Assembly: GCA_902789365.1 (NCBI GenBank)
Contig: CADANQ010000073.1
Coordinates: 1 to 16,695 of the forward strand
Length of the DNA: 16,695 nt
Reading direction: 5' to 3'
Source of the DNA: an uncultured Eubacteriales bacterium
Lineage (GTDB): Bacteria > Bacillota > Clostridia > Christensenellales > Aristaeellaceae
Shown: positions 1 to 6,735 of the stretch, in pieces
Layout: each line of letters starts with the position of its first letter
Numbering within the stretch: the stretch's first letter is position 1
The notes under the pieces: model-generated
What the model saw: only the letters and a program-made list of their open reading frames with translations
The model's database searches: none
Told to the model about the DNA's origin: nothing
Translations under genes and position numbers: made by a program

Positions 1-100
1 CATGCCGCTGAAGCGGATCATGATCGGAGGGAGATCCCTCCGATACCTCCCCTCTGCTGCCATACGTTCATTCTCCTTCACACACGACTGAACAGTTACG
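1..100 (+). repeat. Partial copy (right end) of a ~241-bp MITE-like repeat element, copy 1. It extends off the window's left edge.
   Basis: About 90% identical to 1478..1567, sharing the palindrome atcggaggga-ga-tccctccgat. It ends at 100 with the same terminal sequence cgactgaacagttacg as the complete copy at 1552..1567. Confidence 0.55.
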
Positions 101-135
101 GACGTTCTTTGTCATGGCCTGCGTTGTTTCTGGGA

Positions 136-1302
136 TCAGCCGTTTTCTTCTCCGGCGCCGCGGAATATGGCGGAAAGAAAGCGGGTAATGTTTTCGTCGA
201 TTTCCACGGTATCGTCGGCCGCCATGCAGTAAAGCACCATCCAGTCAAAGGGCGTCCTGGAATCCAGCGGAGGAAACCCGCAGTCGGAAAGCATGCTGCT
301 GAGCCGGGCGTAGGAATCTTCGAACACGTCGTCCTCGGAGCCGTCGGAATAATAATCCCCGTAATCCGATTCCCCGCCGTCGCAGGCCATGAACAAAAGG
401 ATGAGCGCCTTGCGGGTGACGTCGATCTCCCGGCTTGTCATGCGGGCCAGGGTAAACTCGTCCGGCCAGTTTTGCTGGATATCCCGCTGAATGGCGTCCT
501 TCAGCACGCCGGCGTTTCCCTTCTTTTTGCTGTCGGCGTTCTTGCCTTTGGGAATCAGGTTCCGGTAAAGATAGGTCTCCAGGATCTCGGTAACCGTCAT
601 TTTCCTTTCTTCCGAAAGGCAATCGTCCATATCTGAGTTTTTCAGCAGGTCCATGAACCCCATGAACAGCTGGTATGCCGTGTTATGCAGCGCGCCGAGC
701 CTCGGCGCGGCCTCGCCGAGGAAAGCCTTCAGTTCTTCCTCGTTCTTCAGCCTGGAAACCTCATTGCGCACGTTCCCGGTCATCTCGCCCGCGTCCCCGT
801 TCTTCGCTTTGGCGCACAGGGGCGCCATACGCTCCTGCAGGGCGCAGGCTTCAGCCCAGTTCATTCCCCTGTCCAGGGCGAAAAGATACACAATGTCTTC
901 CGGGTCCCGCCAGTGGAAGCTTTCGCCGCACAGGCGCGGCAGCGCTTCTCCGGCGTCCTTTGCCGTCATCCCAAGGGCAAAGACCAGGTTCACGGCGCTT
1001 TTTTTGCTGATGTACTGGGGCTTATCGTTTATCCATATCCTTACCTTGCGCCCTATGTTATCCCGGTTCGCCCCCGGGGTGCTTTGGGCCAGCAGGTCCG
1101 TCACCCGCTTTTTCAGGGCGTCGCCGTCCTTTGGGTCCGCGCCGCAGAGCTTCGCCAGCGTTTCCGTCACCGGACGAAGATAGGCGTCCTCGTGCAGCCT
1201 GGTTCTGGCTTCCTTCAGCGTCAGGTTTCCCCCGGCCGCAATACGAAACATCAGGTCTGTCATTCCAAGCGGCTTATCGTCCACTGTTTTGTCCTCCGGC
1301 AT
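136..1302 (-). CDS. Hypothetical protein (388 aa), predominantly alpha-helical and acidic, with no family I recognise.
   Basis: Long minus-strand ORF with balanced amino-acid composition (D/E/K/L rich). The overlapping plus-strand ORFs are R/P/G/A-rich antisense artefacts. The ATG at 1300-1302 has only a weak GGA RBS. The gene is flanked by the two repeat-element copies. Confidence 0.55.
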   Translation of the reverse strand: MPEDKTVDDKPLGMTDLMFRIAAGGNLTLKEARTRLHEDAYLRPVTETLAKLCGADPKDGDALKKRVTDLLAQSTPGANRDNIGRKVRIWINDKPQYISKKSAVNLVFALGMTAKDAGEALPRLCGESFHWRDPEDIVYLFALDRGMNWAEACALQERMAPLCAKAKNGDAGEMTGNVRNEVSRLKNEEELKAFLGEAAPRLGALHNTAYQLFMGFMDLLKNSDMDDCLSEERKMTVTEILETYLYRNLIPKGKNADSKKKGNAGVLKDAIQRDIQQNWPDEFTLARMTSREIDVTRKALILLFMACDGGESDYGDYYSDGSEDDVFEDSYARLSSMLSDCGFPPLDSRTPFDWMVLYCMAADDTVEIDENITRFLSAIFRGAGEENG

Positions 1303-1326
1303 TCCGATCGGTTTTTAAAGATTATT

Positions 1327-1567
1327 CGTATCTGTTCAGTCCTACGGACAGAACAGATACCGCGGGGGGTACCCGTACCCCCCGCGAGCCCCCCGGGCGA
1401 AGAACGGAGTCCGGGGAAGGAAAACATCCTGCGGGAACGGTTCGGGGTATCGTTCCGCTTCACCGTACACGAAGCTTAAGCGGATTATAATCGGAGGGAG
1501 CTCCCTCCGATACCTCCCCACTGCTGCCATACGTTCGTTCTCCTTCACACACGACTGAACAGTTACG
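1327..1567 (+). mobile_element. Complete MITE-like non-autonomous element, copy 2.
   Basis: The terminal inverted repeats are CGTATCTGTTCAGTCC at 1327-1342 and CGACTGAACAGTTACG at 1552-1567 (14/16 as inverted repeat). A direct 6-bp ATTATT duplication sits at 1321-1326 and 1568-1573. There are three internal hairpins: H1 at 1328-1360 (15-3-15), H2 at 1361-1386 (12-bp GC arms) and H3 at 1391-1416. The left ~95 bp are repeated at 16526 onward and the right ~95 bp at 1..100. Confidence 0.6.
1342..1530 (-). CDS. Possible 62-aa small ORF carried inside the MITE-like element (MAAVGRYRRELPPIIIRL...). It may be a remnant of a transposase N-terminus.
   Basis: A perfect RBS AAGGAGA lies 8 nt before the ATG (the RC of 1528-1530), and the same RBS plus ATG is present in copy 1 at 61-78. 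Substitutions between the copies fall mostly at third codon positions. The C-terminal half runs through GC palindromes and looks non-protein-like. Confidence 0.15.
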   Translation of the reverse strand: MAAVGRYRRELPPIIIRLSFVYGEAERYPEPFPQDVFLPRTPFFARGARGGYGYPPRYLFCP

Positions 1568-1582
1568 ATTATTCTTCTACGG

Positions 1583-1611
1583 ATTATAATGGATAACTCG
1601 CAATTTGGCAA
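1583..1611 (-). promoter_or_regulatory. Sigma-A-type promoter TTGCCA-N17-TATAAT reading leftward into the MITE copy and the hypothetical gene.
   Basis: On the minus strand the -35 TTGCCA is the RC of 1606-1611 and the -10 TATAAT is the RC of 1583-1588, with a 17-nt spacer. Confidence 0.45.
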
Positions 1612-1805
1612 TAAAATCCGGAGCCGCCCTTTGTCTGATTTTTGTTCCTGCGTTTTTGTTTTATGCAGGATTTTATCCCGGCAGTATCGAAAGTATAATA
1701 AAATGGATTTGGTCCTGTCGCGTCTGAGTGGGCAAAGGTCCCCCGGAAGCGCGCGCCGGCGCGCCTCCGTTCGCCGGCCTATACCTTCAGGAAGGAAGCA
1801 GAAAT

Positions 1806-2423
1806 ATGGATTCCAAAGTATTGATCGAACTGATCGGCTACCTCGGCTCCGCCCTGGTGGTCGTTTCCATGCTGATGGCCTCGGTGGTGAAGCTGCGGGT
1901 GGTCAACACCGTCGGCAGCGCCATCTTCATGGGCTACGCCCTGGTGATCGGGTCCTATCCCACGGCGGTGATGAACTTTTTCCTGATCGCCATCAACGTG
2001 TACCATCTGTTGCGCCTATTCCGCAGCCACAAGGAATACGATCTTGTCGCCGCCTCCCCCGACGACGGCTTCGTAAAATACTTTCTGGATAAATACCGCG
2101 CGGACATCGCCGCGCACTTCCCCGGGTTCACCGAAAAGGACGCCCGTGCGGACCGCGTGCTGCTGGTGTGCTGCGGCGGCGACCCGGCCGGCATCTTCCT
2201 GTCCGACGACGCCGGGAACGGGGACCTGAATGTGCTTCTGGATTACGCCGTCCCCGCCTACCGGGACACTTCCGCCGGGCGCTTCCTGTACGCCCGGCTG
2301 AAGGAAAAAGGGTACCGCAGGCTGATTGCCATGGGTGATGCCGAAAAACACCGGGATTACCTGACCCACGTCGGATTCAAGCAGGAGGGAGACAGGTTTA
2401 TACTGGACCTGGGGGCGAAATAA
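1806..2423 (+). CDS. YgjV-family membrane domain (N-terminal ~75 aa, 2-3 TM helices) fused to an uncharacterised ~120-aa soluble C-terminal domain.
   Basis: The ATG at 1806 is preceded by a GGAAGGAAG RBS. The N-terminus (LIELIGYLGSALVVVSML...GSYPTAVMNFFLIAINVYHLL) resembles the Imp-YgjV inner-membrane family. The C-terminal segment VPAYRDTSAGRFLYARL is vaguely GNAT-like, which I hold with low certainty. The track ORF begins earlier at 1728, but that stretch has no RBS. Confidence 0.7.
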   Translation: MDSKVLIELIGYLGSALVVVSMLMASVVKLRVVNTVGSAIFMGYALVIGSYPTAVMNFFLIAINVYHLLRLFRSHKEYDLVAASPDDGFVKYFLDKYRADIAAHFPGFTEKDARADRVLLVCCGGDPAGIFLSDDAGNGDLNVLLDYAVPAYRDTSAGRFLYARLKEKGYRRLIAMGDAEKHRDYLTHVGFKQEGDRFILDLGAK

Positions 2424-2458
2424 GGCACGGCGGCTTCCGTATCCGCAAGCCAAGGCCC

Positions 2459-2508
2459 GGGGTCTTCGCGCCGTATGATGCGTGAAAACCCCAGGTCTTT
2501 TCTTTATA
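2459..2508 (+). terminator. Putative intrinsic terminator of the ygjV-like gene.
   Basis: The stem is ggggtcttcgcg / cgtgaaaacccc (10 of 12 bp) with a 10-nt loop, followed by aggtcttttcttt. Confidence 0.45.
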
Positions 2509-2966
2509 ATTCGGTTATGTGCATTTATCGGCACTGCCGTGGCGGCGGCCCGCGGTGCATTCACCCTGGGTTTATCATGGGTCGGCGGCCGCAGAAGGAT
2601 GGGGTAAGCCTTTGTCACGGTGTGGATACCGCAGGCGGACGGAGCGGTCAAAGATTCTTGACGTGGCTGTCTTCCCCGATGGACGTGGTATCCGTCCCCA
2701 TCAATGTACCGCGCGAGGCAGACGTCAGCCTGTGTCCTGCGGAAGACTGGCGGCAGCCCGTATTGCCTTCCCCCTTGGGGGAAGGGAGACCGCGGAGCGG
2801 TGGATGAGGTTCCTCGTCCCGCAGCATGCGGTGAACGTTTCGGATGATGGAAAACCTATGCCCTCTTATCGACAAAAAGGGAAAGACGGCGTGGAACGTG
2901 AGAACCTCATCCGTCTCCTCGCTGACGCTTGGAGCCACTGCCCGGGGCTGCCGCCCGCCCTCCGCT

Positions 2967-2991
2967 GAAAACAGTCCGCCGGACTGTTTTC
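2967..2991. other. Perfect 11-bp inverted repeat with a 3-bp spacer (gaaaacagtcc-gcc-ggactgttttc). It is a candidate bidirectional terminator or operator.
   Basis: Read directly from the sequence. U-runs flank the GC core on both strands. Confidence 0.35.
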
Positions 2992-3395
2992 CGAGCGCTC
3001 CGGGCCCCCCGAGAGGGAAGGCTTACGAAGTCTTCCTTGTCGGTTGAAAGATTCTGTGGCGAGCAAATTATGGAGAAATGCGTAGTAAAACACGACCCAT
3101 GGCAGGCGGCAGCCCGTCATTATAGGTCAATCTTTATTTTTCTGCCAATACACAGAACCGTCCCCTGTTTTTCGCATCGGGAACAACGCCAACCCAGGTT
3201 ACCGCCTCATCACCGATTGCCGCATGCCGAAGCATGGCGGCCCTCGGGCCGCCGCTACATATCGCTTTCCATTCGTTCGCTCGACAATAACTTTTTTTGC
3301 CTGTGCTTCAATGCCAGGGATTCCCACGTCGTTTTATGCGTGCCAATCACGAGCTTTAAATATTTCTTTTTTTAACTTGCCGCCGGGATTTCAGA

Positions 3396-6300
3396 TCAGA
3401 AGATACCTGATTCCAGATTCACCCACAAAGCGGGGCGAACGGCGGTATAGCCATCGTCGACAATGTCGTAGTTGTAGCGCGCACCATAGCTGTTCACATT
3501 GCAGGCGGAAGAAGAGTCCCGCCCCGACGACCGCAACCACCACTTGCAGTTCCCATTGTATGCGTTATATGGTGCTCCCTGGGCAACAGCATATTCCGTC
3601 GGTTTGCATTCCAAGGCACTGTCGCTCTTGAAATAACCCCACGCTTCCGCGTAACTTAGCAGGAAGACCCGGTCTTCCGTATCTTTCCCTCCGCTCGTGT
3701 TCCATCCGCTGTACCCCTGACCTGCACCGTTGTCCACCTTTGTCAGCACGATTGCCGTTTGCTCCCGAGCTGTGAAAGCTTTGTTCAGGAACGTCCCGTT
3801 CAGCCACGTCCGCAGAGTGCAAGTTTCCCACGTCACGCTTGTCCAACCCGTATTATACGGATGACAGTCAAGCGCATATTGGCTGATCAGCAGCGCTTTC
3901 TGTCCGTCCCTCGCAAGCACCAGCCATTCGATCGGCGTGCTATCATTTCCAGACGCCGTCTGCGGATAGGTGCCGAAAGTGACATAATTTCCCAAGCCGA
4001 ATTTCGCGTCACGTTCCGCCGCTGCAGCTACTGCCATAAGATTCTGAGCATTCGCCAGCAGGCTGTCTACGTCCTTGTAACCTTTAATCCCGATAAAGAT
4101 TACAGCGGCTCCGGCATAATCGCCCTTCGACGCCAGATTCTTCGCCTTCAAGTATCGTGTCTCCGTAATCTGCACCGCAGCGTCTGAATAGTTCCCGAGC
4201 GTTGTGAATTCTTCTATCGCCTCCTCATATCTCCCCGCCTGCTGCAGCGCGACCGCGGCCTTGTAATCGCGCTCTTTTATACTGTTCCTGCATACTTCAA
4301 TCTGCGCCGCGGAATCTCCGTATCCGTCCAGCGCTTCAAATGCCGCAATCGCTTCCTCATACTTCCCCGCCTGCTGCAGCGCTATCGCTGCATTGTAATC
4401 ACGCTCTTTGATACTGTTCCTGCATGCTTCAATCTGCACCGCGGAATCTCCGTATCCGTTCAGCGCTTCAAATGCCGCAATCGCTTCCTCGTACTTCCCC
4501 GCCTGCTGTAGCGCTATCGCTGCATTGTAATCACGCTCTTTGATACTGTTTCTGCACGCTTCAATCTGAGCTGCGGAATCACTGTATCCGTTCAGCTCTT
4601 CGAATGCCGTAATCGCTTCCTCGTATCTCCCCGCCTGCTGCAGTGCGACCGCGGCCCTGTAATTGTTGCCGGGAATAATAACCTTTGTAACAAGGATAAT
4701 TGCCGCAATGATCAATACCGGAACCAGAATGGCAAGGATCGTGTCCCGTAACTTTTTGACAGCAGCCGCTTCCTCCGCGCGCCGTTTTTCCTCATTTTCG
4801 GCAGAAAGGCATTCCTCATACCGCTTGTCGGCTTTTTCCCTCAGCTGCTCCACATCGCGGTAGCCGTTAAGTTCCCATTTGGCAAGGGCACTTTTAACGT
4901 TTGACCACTTGCGGCTGTCCTCTCCCGCATTCTTAATCTGCTTCATCACTTCGTTATACTGATAGGACCGAATACTTTCCGCGGATTCAAAACATTCTTT
5001 TGCCTTGGCCTTCGCGTCACGATAAGAGGGGATCGTTTGAAATATCTTTGCCGCATCCTCAAGGATTGCTGGATCGTTCAACCCGCTTCTTTGTTTTTGT
5101 TCGGCGCTGTCATAAACAGCCTTCTGCCTTGCCTGCTCCGCCAAAGCGCGGCACTGCTTCGCGCATTCCGACGCATCTTTATCCCCAACGGAATCAAACA
5201 TTTCCGCGGCCGTTTTGAAACCTTGCTCGGTCACATAACCCGGATCGTTGTTTCGTACTGTCTGTCGGAAAATCTTCTCGTTATGCTCGCTGTTCGCACG
5301 CCGCTTTCCGTCTGCCCGATCACCCTGGGAACGCGCGCAGGTCTCCCTGTATCTTTCAAGCTCCCTGTCAAGTTTTTCCCGGTCCGCTTTCGGGCTGACC
5401 GCCATCTCCATGGCGCAGTCATATGCGTAATCGCGGATCTGCCTGTCCACCCGCTCCTTTGCCTTTGCCGCATACTCTTCATACGTTTTTTTCTGCCCCG
5501 GGTCGGCAAAGCGCAGGGCCTTTTTCCAGTCCGGATCATCATTATACAGGAACGTCGCTTCAGCAAGTTCGCTCTCCCTGCACATACCGAATTTAACGCA
5601 GGCCTTGGCGGCATAGGCAGGAGCGTATTCCGGGTCGATATCCAGCACCCGGTCCAGGTATTCGGAAGCGCTGCGGAAGTCCCCGTCCTCCATGAACAGC
5701 TGCGCCCGCTTCATCAGGCTGGCGACGCCCGGCGCTGCGATGTCGGCGGACGCCGCCGGCGCGGCCTGCCGCGCAGTCACGGAGCTCCCGGCCTTTTTAT
5801 CCGCATCCAGCACCTTTTTGACGCCGCGGATCAGATCCTGCATGAAGCCGATCTTCCCCATGTCCTGGCTCTGCAGGCTGCTCAGCTCGTCCGGCAGGTC
5901 GTAGGGGTCCATGCCCCGGTAACAGGGGATCAGCAGACGCCCGCGGTCGTTCGCCATCAGCTTCAGGTAGCGGCTCCATTCGTTCCTTACCCACACGGCG
6001 CTGAAATATTCCGGTTTGCTCCCGATGACCACCATCACTTTAGCGCTGTTCAGCGCCGCGAAGATATAGGGCTCGTATTCCTGCCCCAGCTTGTCCTCCA
6101 GGGTGATGCGGCTGAAGAACACCTTGTAGCCCTGCTCCGTCAGGCCGTAGTAAACGTCCTGCGCCCACTGGCTGTCGTGGGTGCGCTGCCCGTTTTCGTC
6201 GGTCTCCTTATAACAGATAAAGACGTCGTAGGGCTTTTCGTTTTGCGATATGGCCAGGATGCCCCTTTGGATCTCCGCGATGCGGGCGCCCTCCTCACGG

Positions 6301-6695
6301 TAGATCCGGCGGCTTTCATCGTCCGGCGCGTATTCCACCGCGGCCTTGTAATCCTCGTCCGAAAGGATGGAGGTCAGCTGCAGCCGGTGGCAGGTGGGCA
6401 CCCGTTTCCCGGTGGCAGGATCCTCCACATATTCGATGCCATACCGGCTGATGACCACGCCCCAGTGGGCCTCGGCGTCGGTATCGTCCTGCTCCAGGAT
6501 CTTTTCGTACGCCGCGGCCGCCTTGTCGAACTCCCCCTGCCGCCGGAAATGGTTGGCCCGGTTATAGCGGTTCAGCTTGCCCTCGTCCTCAGCCTTCGGA
6601 ATGGTGGAGACGCTGCCGCAGTATTCGCAGGTGCCGTAAGTGGCGCCGGGAATGAAATCAATGTCTCCGCCGCACATCTTGCATTTGATGATCAT
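3396..6695 (-). CDS. 1099-aa single-pass membrane protein. Reading N to C: zinc ribbon, TIR domain, coiled coil, TM helix, four TPR-like 44-aa repeats, then a C-terminal extracellular domain of the DUF6273 type.
   Basis: A GGAGG RBS lies 5 nt before the ATG at 6695. The N-terminus has CxxC...CxxC at aa 5-26. Residues 154-250 (KPYDVFICYKETD...KVMVVIGS...AVWVRNEWSRYL) match TIR hallmarks, and Glu239 in WVRNE aligns with the catalytic Glu of NADase TIRs. The TM helix ILAILVPVLIIAAIILVTKVII spans aa 654-675. The repeats NAAIALQQAGKYEEAIAAFEALNGYGDSA.QIEACRNSIKERDY occur four times at aa 676-850. The C-terminal 200 aa (FGTYPQ...IEWLVLARDGQKALLISQYALDCHPYNTGWTSVTWETCTLRTWLN...) match the clostridial DUF6273-like family. 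Confidence 0.85.
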   Translation of the reverse strand: MIIKCKMCGGDIDFIPGATYGTCEYCGSVSTIPKAEDEGKLNRYNRANHFRRQGEFDKAAAAYEKILEQDDTDAEAHWGVVISRYGIEYVEDPATGKRVPTCHRLQLTSILSDEDYKAAVEYAPDDESRRIYREEGARIAEIQRGILAISQNEKPYDVFICYKETDENGQRTHDSQWAQDVYYGLTEQGYKVFFSRITLEDKLGQEYEPYIFAALNSAKVMVVIGSKPEYFSAVWVRNEWSRYLKLMANDRGRLLIPCYRGMDPYDLPDELSSLQSQDMGKIGFMQDLIRGVKKVLDADKKAGSSVTARQAAPAASADIAAPGVASLMKRAQLFMEDGDFRSASEYLDRVLDIDPEYAPAYAAKACVKFGMCRESELAEATFLYNDDPDWKKALRFADPGQKKTYEEYAAKAKERVDRQIRDYAYDCAMEMAVSPKADREKLDRELERYRETCARSQGDRADGKRRANSEHNEKIFRQTVRNNDPGYVTEQGFKTAAEMFDSVGDKDASECAKQCRALAEQARQKAVYDSAEQKQRSGLNDPAILEDAAKIFQTIPSYRDAKAKAKECFESAESIRSYQYNEVMKQIKNAGEDSRKWSNVKSALAKWELNGYRDVEQLREKADKRYEECLSAENEEKRRAEEAAAVKKLRDTILAILVPVLIIAAIILVTKVIIPGNNYRAAVALQQAGRYEEAITAFEELNGYSDSAAQIEACRNSIKERDYNAAIALQQAGKYEEAIAAFEALNGYGDSAVQIEACRNSIKERDYNAAIALQQAGKYEEAIAAFEALDGYGDSAAQIEVCRNSIKERDYKAAVALQQAGRYEEAIEEFTTLGNYSDAAVQITETRYLKAKNLASKGDYAGAAVIFIGIKGYKDVDSLLANAQNLMAVAAAAERDAKFGLGNYVTFGTYPQTASGNDSTPIEWLVLARDGQKALLISQYALDCHPYNTGWTSVTWETCTLRTWLNGTFLNKAFTAREQTAIVLTKVDNGAGQGYSGWNTSGGKDTEDRVFLLSYAEAWGYFKSDSALECKPTEYAVAQGAPYNAYNGNCKWWLRSSGRDSSSACNVNSYGARYNYDIVDDGYTAVRPALWVNLESGIF
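4233..4680 (-). repeat. 132-bp in-frame tandem repeat, about 3.4 copies (units start at 4233, 4365, 4497 and 4629), encoding the TPR-like 44-aa repeats.
   Basis: The exact 132-bp period is read from the recurring ccccgcctgctgcagcgc motif. The central copies are more than 90% identical at the DNA level. Confidence 0.8.
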
Positions 6696-6735
6696 CGCAA
6701 TTGCCTCCGTTTTATCAAATATCCTTTGTCACAGG

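Noticed and set aside
1-63. A partial minus-strand CDS starting at 63 and continuing off the window.
   Set aside because: Its first 21 codons are the same element-borne sORF seen at 1342..1530. It is probably part of the repeat element and not an independent host gene.
1781-1800. AGGAAGGAAGCAG, resembling the SRP (4.5S) RNA domain IV motif.
   Set aside because: It is the RBS of the ygjV-like gene. No flanking helices of an SRP RNA are present.
2929-3375. 148-aa ORF (also 2519..2968 and 9298..9618) in the large intergenic regions.
   Set aside because: No RBS is present. The ORFs are low-complexity and Arg/Pro-rich, with F-runs produced by the AT-rich end. They are not protein-like.
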